Sequence record: SRR20825019_2041
DNA length: 32,497 nucleotides
Strand: one strand, 5' to 3'
The notes below the pieces were generated by a model. The model worked only from the letters and a program-made list of their open reading frames with translations. It was not told the DNA's origin and did no database searches. Of the stretch, positions 9,684 to 18,912 are shown piece by piece. Position 1 is the stretch's first letter. Each line of letters begins with the position of its first letter. Both the position numbers and the translations under genes were made by a program.

Positions 9684-9872
9684 TCAAGGGTTGCTTGATC
9701 TCTTGCCCCAAAACATAGCCGCCACGAAAATGACCAAGCCTACAGCGCCGAATGCAGCGGCGACGTAGCCAGTCGACGCAAATCCCCAGCCCGCGCTGAT
9801 CGCCCAACCGCCGGCCCATGCGCCAAGAGCGTTTGGTAGATTGAATGCGGAGTGGTTCATGGCTGCGGCAAC
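9684..9872 (-). pseudogene. C-terminal remnant of an MFS transporter (DHA1/AraJ/YdhP-like)
   Basis: Manual translation gives VAAAMNHSAFNLPNALGAWAGGWAISAGWGFASTGYVAAAFGAVGLVIFVAAMFWGKRSSNP*, matching the last two TM helices of that family (N-SAFN--NALGAW-GG). There is an in-frame stop upstream at 9900-9902. Confidence 0.75.
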
Positions 9873-9977
9873 AAACCGCCGATTGCGGCGCTTTCCGGTT
9901 CAGAGGAGCAATTGCCCCTCTGAACCACAACCCGGAAAATCCTCCAGCCGGGTGGTCTAAAGACGGGGAGCAGCTCA
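9867..9977 (+). mobile_element. Right-end remnant of an IS3-family (IS407-group-like) insertion sequence
   Basis: + frame 9867-9923 reads GNKPPIAALSGSEEQLPL*, resembling the GNKPP tail of IS3 OrfB transposases. It is followed by GGTGGTCTAAAGACGGGGAGCAGCTCA, whose reverse complement TGAGCTGCTCCCC.. has the TG..CA IS3-type terminus. Confidence 0.7.
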
Positions 9978-10132
9978 AAAGTTAAGCCGGCCCCCAGCAG
10001 AGAATGGCCACATTTCAGGGGAGCACGTCGCCCTAGACTTTGGTTAAGCTGTTTTCGAACCGACTTTATCGACGGAGAAGTTAGAATCTGAACTAACTTT
10101 ATTGTTCCTCTATCTACGGTATATCTGTGCCG

Positions 10133-11680
10133 TTATTGCATTGTCTTCTCAAGCAAGGTTTGAAGTTCTTTGGCAACATCTGGATATTGTTTGATAACAT
10201 TCACTTTTTCCTCTGGGTCGGCGTCCAAATCATAAAGCTGAGCTTTAGGTGCATCCGCTTTAACCTTACCATCCTCAATATCGCTATTAACCTGACCCGT
10301 GAACTTCAGCGCTGCTGGCCCAGCAAAATCATGTTGGCCCAAGTGTTTGCCGCTAAAGCCGCCCTCGCCTTGCCCCGAAATATACATCCAGCGACCTTTT
10401 CTAATCGACAAGTGATTCTTAGAGGCGGGACTTATAATCAACGATTCCCGGATGGAGCCTTTTTCTTCCTGTATCAAAATAGGAAGAAAGCTGACACTGT
10501 CAGGCCCTTGCTCTGGAGTGAGCTTGCTTCCAACAATGTCAGCAAGTGTGGCCAAGAAATCCACATTTGACACCAAGCCTGAAGATACTGTTCCCACTGG
10601 GATATGACCCGGCCATTTTGCGAAAAAGGGCACTCGATGCCCCCCTTCCCAGGCACCAAACTTCATACCTAACAAGTCGCCATTCACATGGTGTCCCGTT
10701 TCCCAAGCTGTTTGTCCTCCTCGGTTGAACATGGCTCCATTATCACTAATGAAAAAGATCAGCGTATTCTCTGTCACTCCAGCCTTCTCAACAGCAGCCA
10801 AAAGCTCTCCAATCATCCAGTCCAATTCATGGACAAAGTCACCGTATGAACCAGCGGGACTCGTGCCAATAAACCTTGGTGAAGGGGTGAAGGGGTGATG
10901 GATATTCGTTGTCGCAAAATAGAGAAAGAAGGGCTCTGACTTATGGCTTTCAACCCAGTCAATCGCTTTCTCTGTTAGGAGGGTTCCTACTTTCCGGTCC
11001 TCATATAGTGCGTGAGCAGCTTCGCCTCCACCAATAACATTATAATCAAATTTCTCATCAAACTCACGAGTAACAGCCTTTTCCCCATAAACAAGCGGAT
11101 CATCCTCTGTAAGGCCCACAACATAGTGATTTTCAACAAATACAAAAGGCGGATGACTATTTAGGACAGGGACCCCGAAATAATAGTCAAAACCTAGCTC
11201 CAATGGCCCTGGCTTTAATGCCTTATTCCAATCAACTGGTTCTTCATGGCCAAACCCTAAATGCCACTTTCCAACAATTGCTGTTGAATAGCCGCTTTCC
11301 TTCAACATGCTCGCGACCGTGGTCTTTGCCTCATCAACCATCAGAGGCGTTTTTGCGAAAACGGGCAACCAAAAATTGATCCGGGCCGGGTACTCTCCCG
11401 TCAAGAGTGCATAGCGCGACGGCGAGCATACAGCCGATGCTGCGTGGGCATCCGTAAAACGCATCCCATCACTGGCAAGCTTATCAATATTTGGCGTCAA
11501 TATTTTCTCAGCACCGTATGCCCCAACATCACCGTATCCGAGGTCGTCCACATTTATAATGATAATATTGGGAAGACCTGGCGCTGCAGAAACAGAAGAG
11601 CCTGCATTTACAACGGCAGTAGATAGCAGGACTATTAAAATGCGTAACGGCAAGAAAATACGGACCAACACCCGTCGCAT
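10133..11680 (-). CDS. Arylsulfatase-like sulfatase (formylglycine-dependent S1 family, Cys type), probably exported
   Basis: PNIIIINVDDLGYGD, CSPSRYALLTG, GKWHLG, SDNG, WEGGHRVP, LYDLDADP. Start set at ATG 11680 after AAGGGGAG; hydrophobic signal-like N-terminus. Confidence 0.92.
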   Translation of the reverse strand: MRRVLVRIFLPLRILIVLLSTAVVNAGSSVSAAPGLPNIIIINVDDLGYGDVGAYGAEKILTPNIDKLASDGMRFTDAHAASAVCSPSRYALLTGEYPARINFWLPVFAKTPLMVDEAKTTVASMLKESGYSTAIVGKWHLGFGHEEPVDWNKALKPGPLELGFDYYFGVPVLNSHPPFVFVENHYVVGLTEDDPLVYGEKAVTREFDEKFDYNVIGGGEAAHALYEDRKVGTLLTEKAIDWVESHKSEPFFLYFATTNIHHPFTPSPRFIGTSPAGSYGDFVHELDWMIGELLAAVEKAGVTENTLIFFISDNGAMFNRGGQTAWETGHHVNGDLLGMKFGAWEGGHRVPFFAKWPGHIPVGTVSSGLVSNVDFLATLADIVGSKLTPEQGPDSVSFLPILIQEEKGSIRESLIISPASKNHLSIRKGRWMYISGQGEGGFSGKHLGQHDFAGPAALKFTGQVNSDIEDGKVKADAPKAQLYDLDADPEEKVNVIKQYPDVAKELQTLLEKTMQ

Positions 11681-11715
11681 GAATAACTCCCCTTGTATCA
11701 CGTGGACGATTATAT

Positions 11716-11760
11716 TTTTCATATTTGAGAAATTATATCAATATTTTTCTAATGAGAAAT
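11716..11760. promoter_or_regulatory. Two copies of a putative operator TTTTCW-N4-WGAAAA between the sulfatase and the XRE regulator
   Basis: TTTTCA-TATT-TGAGAA (11716-11731) and TTTTCT-AATG-AGAAAT (11745-11760). Confidence 0.45.
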
Positions 11761-11953
11761 ACTTCCTTATCCATTGAAAGACCTCATGCGCAGCATAACT
11801 TATTATTTAAAAACACTTTTAATGCCACCTTGGGTATATAAGCGTCCACTTTTTAGTGCAGATAAAAATTCTCATATTTTCATAGATGATTTTTTCTCTT
11901 ATGATTGAAATAATATGAGCTAGTGCAGGCATTGATAAACCACGGGATATATT

Positions 11954-12577
11954 TTGACTGAAACCGCATCAACCGCTTTTGACCCGCCAATTGTACCAAC
12001 CGCATCCGCAGAAAGTCTGGGAAGCCGCCTTCGCAAGAAACGGAAACAGGCAAAGCTGACCTTGAAGAAACTCGGGGACTTGTCCGATATTCCCGTTTCC
12101 ACATTGTCAAAGGTAGAAAACGGCTTAATGTCGCTGAACATCCAAAAACTAATGAAAGTGTGCAATGCCCTTGGGCTCGATGTCATGCAACTTGTCACAC
12201 CATCCGAGGCGTCGCTCCAAAGCGTGCCAGTGGTCACCGGGCGCCGAAGCATCACCAAAAAGGGAGAGGCACATGTGGTTGAGACCAAACAAACGATATA
12301 TGAGCACCATGCCAGCGACTTTCGCAATCGAAAACTGGCACCTAGCATCATGACTGTTCAAGCAGGGTCCGAGCCAGAACTGATTAGACACCAAGGCGAG
12401 GAATATATTTACGTACTAGAGGGCATTATTGAGGTCTTAACTGAGTTTTATGAGCCTACCGTTCTGGAGACAGGTGAGAGCATATATATCGACTCAACAA
12501 TGGGTCATAATGTGCGCGCCATTGGCGGAAAATCCGCTCGTATCCTAAACGTCATGACCAACATAGCAACAAGTTAA
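11954..12577 (+). CDS. XRE-family HTH transcriptional regulator with C-terminal cupin domain
   Basis: LGSRLRKKRK..LTLKKLG..IPVSTLSKVENG HTH; cupin HQGEEYIYVLEG..GESIYIDSTMGH. TTG start. Confidence 0.92.
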   Translation: MTETASTAFDPPIVPTASAESLGSRLRKKRKQAKLTLKKLGDLSDIPVSTLSKVENGLMSLNIQKLMKVCNALGLDVMQLVTPSEASLQSVPVVTGRRSITKKGEAHVVETKQTIYEHHASDFRNRKLAPSIMTVQAGSEPELIRHQGEEYIYVLEGIIEVLTEFYEPTVLETGESIYIDSTMGHNVRAIGGKSARILNVMTNIATS

Positions 12578-12591
12578 GCCCCCCTACAATC

Positions 12592-13866
12592 CTATGGCCG
12601 CCATGCTCTGAGTGGGCTTATCTTCTCAGAGATCTTGTCGGTTTGCTTCCCGGTCATTAACTGCATCAAGAGCCGTGCTGATCCCGCAGCCATGGTCCAT
12701 CCAAACGGACCGTGTCCTGTATTCAAAAACAGTCCCTCAATAGGTGTCTCACCAACATATGGCTTACCGTCAGCGCTTGCGGGCCGGAAGCCACACCAAT
12801 TCCCACGCTCTCTTCCCAGCAGAGTTTTTGAAGCCTCGGGAAAAACTGCCGACAGAAGCTGCTGCAAATTCAGTAGCCGCGCTTTTGTTAGCCTGTCATC
12901 AAAACCTGTGAACTCAGCCGTACCCGCGACCCTGAGCCGAGATCCAAGTGGCGTGATAGCTGCATGTAGATCGTCATCAACGATCGGAATTTGCGGAATG
13001 CAATCTGATGCAATATCTTTAGAATCAAACGTAATAGAATACCCCTTCACGGGTCTTACTGGCAAACCTGACCATAAGGGCGCCAAGAGGTTTCTTGTCC
13101 AAGCTCCAGCACTTAACACAACGCTATCCACTGCCAATGTTTCTTCTGCCGTTATAATCCCTTCAATTCGCTGTTTGGAAACAACCAGAGACTGCACCGT
13201 CTGTCCGCATTTCAGCGTGCCACCCTGTTCCACAAACTTGGCAGCTAAACCTTTCGTAAAAGCAGCCGCATCACCTGACATATCATTAGGGAAATAGAGC
13301 GCTCCCGCTAAATCCCCTGCAATTGGCGTCAGAGATGGTTCCTTTTGAACTAGCTCATCCTTTGTCAGCATGCAGGTCGCAACACCAAGGTCGGCGACAC
13401 GATCCATTTTTTTTAAGCCACTCTGTAACGCGGTTTCATTCCGGTAAATTTTCAAGACACCTTTTTCATTTTTGTCAAAAGCAAGCCTCTCAACTTTTGC
13501 GATGTCCTGAATAGCCTCAATACTAAGGAGCGACAGCTCAGTGTTGGTTCGCAGGGCTTCATTAAAAAAGACATCTTGTGAATAGTGCAAAAACTGAATT
13601 CCCCAACCGAATATGGATGGCAGAGCTTTTGCCCTCAAGAGCATGGGCGCATCTGAACGACCCAGATATCGTAGCAAATCACGCCACACTCCAGGAGAGT
13701 TCCAAGGATCAGACATACTCGGCGTTAGAAGGCCGCCATTCGCGAAACTGGTTGCGAGACCTACATCTGCATCTGCCTCTATAAGCGTGACGTCGTGCCC
13801 GGCATTTAACACCTCATACGCAGTGGTCACACCAATGACCCCACCGCCAACTACTGCTACTTTCAT
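12592..13866 (-). CDS. dadA: D-amino acid dehydrogenase (FAD-dependent, DadA family)
   Basis: VVGGGVIGVTTAY FAD motif, ATSFANGG, PVKGYSIT, LRVAGTAEF, WCGFRPASADGKPYVG, LNTGHGPFGWTMAAGSA. Confidence 0.88.
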   Translation of the reverse strand: MKVAVVGGGVIGVTTAYEVLNAGHDVTLIEADADVGLATSFANGGLLTPSMSDPWNSPGVWRDLLRYLGRSDAPMLLRAKALPSIFGWGIQFLHYSQDVFFNEALRTNTELSLLSIEAIQDIAKVERLAFDKNEKGVLKIYRNETALQSGLKKMDRVADLGVATCMLTKDELVQKEPSLTPIAGDLAGALYFPNDMSGDAAAFTKGLAAKFVEQGGTLKCGQTVQSLVVSKQRIEGIITAEETLAVDSVVLSAGAWTRNLLAPLWSGLPVRPVKGYSITFDSKDIASDCIPQIPIVDDDLHAAITPLGSRLRVAGTAEFTGFDDRLTKARLLNLQQLLSAVFPEASKTLLGRERGNWCGFRPASADGKPYVGETPIEGLFLNTGHGPFGWTMAAGSARLLMQLMTGKQTDKISEKISPLRAWRP

Positions 13867-13930
13867 GTTCTAGTCCGCATTCATTTTTAATTACGATTTA
13901 ACTCAATCTAGAATTTTCACAATTTTTCTG

Positions 13931-13970
13931 CAATTGAAATAATTATCATATGTGAAAATTATTTCAATTG
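13931..13970. promoter_or_regulatory. 40-bp palindromic operator in the dadA / M81-operon divergent promoter region
   Basis: CAATTGAAATAATT-ATCATATGTGAA-AATTATTTCAATTG has perfect 14-bp arms. Its core is TTATCA-TATG-TGAAAA (13943-13958). Confidence 0.65.
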
Positions 13971-14094
13971 TGCTAGGGTCTACAACTTCGACAGGGAAGT
14001 AAGCGGCTTTGCCTCTATAACTTTTTGAAAAATAACAAGTTTCAAAAATTATGCCGATGCAGAGGTATAAATATTTCAAGGGAGACGATATTCC

Positions 14095-15555
14095 ATGCGT
14101 TGTTTTGTTGCTTTTTTTGCGCATGAATCAAACAGCTTTTCGCCCATTCTGACAGACTTAAGCAGTTTTGAAGAAATTGGACTATATAGACCATCAATGG
14201 GTGACCCCAAGGAGCATCTAGCTGCTCTTAAAGGTGCTGTAGATTTTTATAATGAGGCGCAGCAACGAGGGCATACTGCCATTGTCGGAACCTGTGCACT
14301 TGCGCAGCCTAGCGCTCCATGCAATCGCAAAGATTATGAGTATCTAAGAGACACAATTTTAGATGAGTTGAAAGCAGCCGGTCCTGTGGACCTGATCGTT
14401 ATGATGATGCACGGAGCAATGATGGCAGAAGGCTATGATGACTGTGAAGGTGATATTCTGAAACATATCCGCTCAATCGTCGGCTCAGATGTTCCTATTG
14501 GAGTACTTCTTGACCTCCACTGCAATATTACAGAGGCCATGCTGGAAAATTCTACAGCCCTTATCCCCTGCAAAGAATATCCGCATACCGATTTTGCTGA
14601 TCGGGCTCATGAACTCTACAATCTCATTGAAGCTGCAGCAAAAGGTCAGGTGAAACCCGTTACCAGCTTCTTTAAAATTCCCACGCTGGGGCTGTTTCAC
14701 ACAACCCGCCCCCCCATGAGAGGGTTTGTTGATGCCATGATGGCTGCGGAACAGGAACAAGATGTTCTGGCGGTTAGTCTGGCACACGGATTTCCTTGGG
14801 CCGATTTTAAAGACACCGGGGCCTCCATGATGGTTGTCACTGATAACAACAAAGCCAAGGGTGACACACTCGCTGAAAAATTCGGACGAGAATTCTTTGC
14901 GTTCCGCGAACAAGCACTAACAAAAACACTCAGCCCACAAGGCTTAGTCGAAGTACTAAAAACAGCTAAAGAAGGTACTATTATAGCCGCTGATATGGCT
15001 GACAACCCCGGGGGTGGCGCCGGTTCTGATTCCACGTTCATTCTCGAAGCTCTACTAGAATGCGGTATGCAAGATGCCCTCATCGGCCTGTTCTGGGACC
15101 CTGCTGGTGTAACGCAGGCATTTTCAGCGGGCGTAGGCGCACAAATCAACATGCGGATAGGCGGCAGATTTGCGCCTTTTTCCGGAAACCCTCTGGACCT
15201 CGATGTTACAGTAAAAGAGCTCAGAGAGGATGCCTTCCAGCCTCATGTTTCTGACGGCACCCGCTGCCGCCTTGGCAGAACAGCTATTGTTGAGACACAG
15301 GGTATTGAAATTGTCCTGAATGAAATTCGCCAGCAACCTTTCAGGCCAGAGGCATTTTTATCGGCAGGCACTGATCCATGGTCAAAGCGTCTGGTAGTAG
15401 TAAAATCATCCTTCCATTTCCATGCTGGCTTTGCGGACAAAGCAGCCGAAGTGCTATTTGTCGACTCCCCAGGTACTCTGAACGAAGACCCAACAATACG
15501 GCCTTATAAGCATATTTCGCGCCCCATCTGGCCGCTTGACTCTGTGGAGCTATAA
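14095..15555 (+). CDS. M81-family metallopeptidase (MlrC-like)
   Basis: HESNSFSP, MHGAM, LDLHCN, KEYPHTD, GFPWAD, ADMADNPGGGAGSD, VVKSSFHF..F. GGAG RBS, no signal peptide. Confidence 0.9.
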   Translation: MRCFVAFFAHESNSFSPILTDLSSFEEIGLYRPSMGDPKEHLAALKGAVDFYNEAQQRGHTAIVGTCALAQPSAPCNRKDYEYLRDTILDELKAAGPVDLIVMMMHGAMMAEGYDDCEGDILKHIRSIVGSDVPIGVLLDLHCNITEAMLENSTALIPCKEYPHTDFADRAHELYNLIEAAAKGQVKPVTSFFKIPTLGLFHTTRPPMRGFVDAMMAAEQEQDVLAVSLAHGFPWADFKDTGASMMVVTDNNKAKGDTLAEKFGREFFAFREQALTKTLSPQGLVEVLKTAKEGTIIAADMADNPGGGAGSDSTFILEALLECGMQDALIGLFWDPAGVTQAFSAGVGAQINMRIGGRFAPFSGNPLDLDVTVKELREDAFQPHVSDGTRCRLGRTAIVETQGIEIVLNEIRQQPFRPEAFLSAGTDPWSKRLVVVKSSFHFHAGFADKAAEVLFVDSPGTLNEDPTIRPYKHISRPIWPLDSVEL

Positions 15556-15558
15556 GCC

Positions 15559-17826
15559 GTGGCGCGTTCTTATATCAAAGGCCCAATTCTCACGGTATTC
15601 TTTCTTGTAATTATGCTTTGGAGCATGCGCATCCTCACAGAAGGACCGCCTCTTAAACCAGCCACCACGCCTATGAATGAGTTTTCTGCTGAGCGCGCAT
15701 TCTCAGGCCTGTCTGCACTGCTGGAAGGGATAACTGCACATCCAGCAGGCAGTGACGCCAACAAATTGCTGCGATCAAGACTGGTCAGTACGCTAGAACA
15801 CCTAGGCTTTACCCCAGAAGTTCAAACTGACTTCCAGTGCTCCACTCTCGCACCGGGCTGCTCTTACCTTGAGAATGTGATTGTAGTCCTACCTGGCACC
15901 AACTCCGAGAAACCTGCCCTTATGGCGATGGCGCACTATGACAGCGCACCTGCCGCTGGCGGCGCTGCAGATGACGGAGCCGGCGTTGCCACCCTTCTCG
16001 AAGTTATTAATAACCTTAGAGAATCTGATCCGCTTAAAAATGATGTCATATTCCTCTTCTCCGATGCAGAAGAAAGTGGCCTTCGTGGGGCTATGGCCTT
16101 TAACCAAAAACACCCCTTAATGGAACGTGTTGGGATGATCCTGAATATGGAGGCACGCGGTGTTGCCGGTCCCAGCGTCATGTTTGAAACTGGCCCCAAT
16201 AATTTCACACAAGTTAAGGGCTTCGCAAGTGAAACGCCGCGACCAGTTGGCACAAGCCTAATTGTAGAAGTGTATAAACGTATGCCCAATGGTACTGACC
16301 TGATGGTATTCGGCGAGCGAGGTCTGCCAGCTCTCAATTTTGCTTTTTCTCGCGGTGTTTCACTTTACCACTCACCGCTTGACACTATTGCTCATCTGAG
16401 CAAATCCAGCCTTCAGCATCATGGCGATAATATGCTCGCTGCTATTCGCTACTTTGGAGATCAGGACCTCAGCACCCTCCAGACCGATGAGGATGCAACC
16501 TATATTGATGTTTTTGGCCTCTTTGTGCTCATGTGGCCTGCATCGCTAAATATCTGGCTTGTGTGCATTGCGGCTGCTGGGCTTGTCGTAATGGCGATTA
16601 ATGTAAAATCCTCTTGGAAGAAAACGGCATGGGCATTGCTCTCTGTTGTTTTAACTATTGTCGCGCTCGTCATCGCAGGTTGGTTACTTGCATTTCCGCT
16701 CGGCAATTGGGGTGACCTACACCCTCTGGATCATCCATACCCATGGCCCGGTCGGATTGCACTGATTCTGGCATCCCTGCTAATCCCAGCCCTGAGTATC
16801 AGACTGTTTGCCAAGCACCTCAATACTTCAAGCCTGTTTCAAGTGGTTTGGTGGCTATTTGCTATCATAGCCATCGCCCTTAGCCTGACAGTTACGGGTG
16901 CCTCATATATCTTTCTACTCCCTGTACTGGTTGCATCCATAACGGCAGTAGTTTGTCATTTTGGGAAACCGCAATATGCACTGAAAATTGCCTCTTATGT
17001 GGGCGCAGGCCTCGCTGCATACATGGCGTTTTATCACTTTATCCTGCTCGAAGTGGTCTTCAATTTCCACCTCAGCCACCTTAAAATGATCGCATTGCTT
17101 CCCCTCACACTCGCGGTGCTTCCGTTGTTCCTGGAGTGGCGAAAGTCAGACGATGACAAAGGTTTACTTATTGCCTTTATATCCACCACAATTGTTGCGA
17201 CAGCCATTGGCGCCAGCGTTCCAGCCTTCACGCCAGAGCGCCCTCGCAGCACCAACATCGTTTACCGCGCAGATGTAACAACAGAAACCTACAACTGGCA
17301 GCTGTTTACGTTCGGCCCGGAAGACAAGGCATATCTATCGACCTCAGGCTTTAGCATTGAAAAACAACATCTGGAAAACATGGGCTATATGGCCGATACC
17401 GGCTACCTGAAACCCGCTAAAAACCTTGGTATCGAAGCACCGACACTCACCGTGAATAGTGATATAACGGAAGGTGAGATACGAGTGATTGATGTAACTG
17501 CGCACTATAGCACTCAGGCCATGTTGTCGGGTATTGGCTTCCACCCGGATACGCAACTCATATCCCTGGAAGCTGATAGCCAACTTGTCCTTAAGGATCC
17601 GGCCCCTGCAGCCCATGCGCTCTTTATGGGCAGCGACCCTGCAGGCTTGCACCTTCGCATTACAGCGGTTGCAGGATCGCCGGTTGAAGTCCGGATTTTT
17701 GACATGACTCCCCTCTCTCTTGAAGGAGAAGCAAAACTTTTGGCTGATCTTCGCCCTGAAGACACAGCCCCTATGCATTTTGGCGATCACAGTGTGGTCA
17801 GCCGCACCATTCGTATTGGAGAGTGA
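15559..17826 (+). CDS. M28-family metallopeptidase with multi-pass membrane domain (ERMP1-like architecture)
   Basis: N-terminal TM, FSAERA, AHYDS, GAADDGAG, DAEESGL, NMEARG, TD, YHSPLD, then about 8 hydrophobic segments and a soluble C-terminal domain. Confidence 0.88.
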   Translation: MARSYIKGPILTVFFLVIMLWSMRILTEGPPLKPATTPMNEFSAERAFSGLSALLEGITAHPAGSDANKLLRSRLVSTLEHLGFTPEVQTDFQCSTLAPGCSYLENVIVVLPGTNSEKPALMAMAHYDSAPAAGGAADDGAGVATLLEVINNLRESDPLKNDVIFLFSDAEESGLRGAMAFNQKHPLMERVGMILNMEARGVAGPSVMFETGPNNFTQVKGFASETPRPVGTSLIVEVYKRMPNGTDLMVFGERGLPALNFAFSRGVSLYHSPLDTIAHLSKSSLQHHGDNMLAAIRYFGDQDLSTLQTDEDATYIDVFGLFVLMWPASLNIWLVCIAAAGLVVMAINVKSSWKKTAWALLSVVLTIVALVIAGWLLAFPLGNWGDLHPLDHPYPWPGRIALILASLLIPALSIRLFAKHLNTSSLFQVVWWLFAIIAIALSLTVTGASYIFLLPVLVASITAVVCHFGKPQYALKIASYVGAGLAAYMAFYHFILLEVVFNFHLSHLKMIALLPLTLAVLPLFLEWRKSDDDKGLLIAFISTTIVATAIGASVPAFTPERPRSTNIVYRADVTTETYNWQLFTFGPEDKAYLSTSGFSIEKQHLENMGYMADTGYLKPAKNLGIEAPTLTVNSDITEGEIRVIDVTAHYSTQAMLSGIGFHPDTQLISLEADSQLVLKDPAPAAHALFMGSDPAGLHLRITAVAGSPVEVRIFDMTPLSLEGEAKLLADLRPEDTAPMHFGDHSVVSRTIRIGE

Positions 17827-17830
17827 CTCG

Positions 17831-18910
17831 ATGTCTGAGCTAGATGATATGTACACCCTGAGCACAGGGATTGTTTCCCGGTCTATTTCCTTTGAAAATC
17901 CAACTGGCGCAGTTGGTAGCGGGGCCAGAGCTGCTAGCCCACTGGGTATTGGCCGCAAGGGCGACCCCGCAAGGCATTTGCATCCCGGCGAGACCATTAC
18001 TTTAGCAGACATTGAGGGCATCGGTATCATACGCCATATCTGGCTAACAACGCACCCGAAGCTTGCCCTTTTACGCGGCATTATTCTTCGGTTTTACTGG
18101 GATGATCAGGAACATCCATCCATTGAAGCTCCCATCTGTGACTTCTTTGGGTTTGCCCACGGTCAGACACCACCATTTGAAACTGCCGTGCACTCTGTCG
18201 GTGAAAAAAATGGCATGAACATTTGGCTTCAAATGCCATTCCTGAAGCGGGCAAAAATAGAAATCATTAATGAAACAGAGGTTCGCATGCCTCTGTTTTA
18301 CCAGATTGATTACACCCTTGGGGACAAACTGGACAAAAACACTGGACGCCTCCATGTGTCCTTCCGCCGCGAAAACCCAACTACCAAAACCAAAGACCTC
18401 GAAATTCTGAACCGCAGCGGTAATCCCGGCAGATATCTGGGTGCTGTTTTCGGTGTGCGCCCCCTTGGCCCGCTATGGTGGGGCGAAGGTGAGTTTAAAG
18501 CCTATATTGACGGCGACACAGACTTCCCAACCCTCGCGGGCACCGGTGCTGAAGATTATGTGGGCCTTTCATGGGGCATCCAGCAAAATGCCTTCCGTTA
18601 CCTGGGTGCCAACTGGCGTGAAAAAGACCATGTTTCAGACACTGGCCTGGTGTCCATGTACCGCTGGCATATCCCGGACCCGATCGTCTGGGAGACCGAG
18701 ATTCGTGCCACTATCCAACAAATCGGGCACAACCCAACCGGCAATGCTCGTATCATCGATGACTATAAAAAAGAACTGTATGAGCGGGAAGACGACTGGT
18801 CAGTCACCGCCTTCTGGTATGAACCAGTCCCGAGCCAACCACTCCCCCCTATTCCGTCTGTTGAAGAGCGCATGGCAGATTTGCCGGAGCCAACCTTGGA
18901 GCTTGTATAA
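17831..18910 (+). CDS. Glycoside hydrolase family 172 (DUF2961) protein
   Basis: SRSISFENPTG, GIIRHIWLT, YWDD..PSIEAP..DFFG, YQIDY, WWGEGE, GTGAEDY, YRWHIPDPI, AFWY. Start moved to ATG 17831, just after the M28 stop (GGAG upstream); no signal peptide. Confidence 0.88.
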   Translation: MSELDDMYTLSTGIVSRSISFENPTGAVGSGARAASPLGIGRKGDPARHLHPGETITLADIEGIGIIRHIWLTTHPKLALLRGIILRFYWDDQEHPSIEAPICDFFGFAHGQTPPFETAVHSVGEKNGMNIWLQMPFLKRAKIEIINETEVRMPLFYQIDYTLGDKLDKNTGRLHVSFRRENPTTKTKDLEILNRSGNPGRYLGAVFGVRPLGPLWWGEGEFKAYIDGDTDFPTLAGTGAEDYVGLSWGIQQNAFRYLGANWREKDHVSDTGLVSMYRWHIPDPIVWETEIRATIQQIGHNPTGNARIIDDYKKELYEREDDWSVTAFWYEPVPSQPLPPIPSVEERMADLPEPTLELV

Positions 18911-18912
18911 TA

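Noticed and set aside
9897-9926. 30-bp near-perfect palindrome GGTTCAGAGG-AGCAATTGCC-CCTCTGAACC as a REP or CRISPR repeat
   Set aside because: I saw only a single copy, and it lies within the IS3 remnant across the transposase stop.
9484-9978. 164-aa minus-strand ORF
   Set aside because: No recognisable motifs. It is an alternative-frame read-through of the IS3 end and MFS remnant, whose real homology is in other frames.
14022-14048. Inverted repeat TTTTTGAAA-N9-TTTCAAAAA upstream of the M81 gene
   Set aside because: Low complexity, with opposite arm orientation to the recurring operator. It cannot be distinguished from chance in AT-rich DNA.
12635-18081. Long antisense ORFs (e.g. 12635-13297, 17344-18081)
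   Set aside because: They are shadow frames opposite well-supported genes and carry no motifs.
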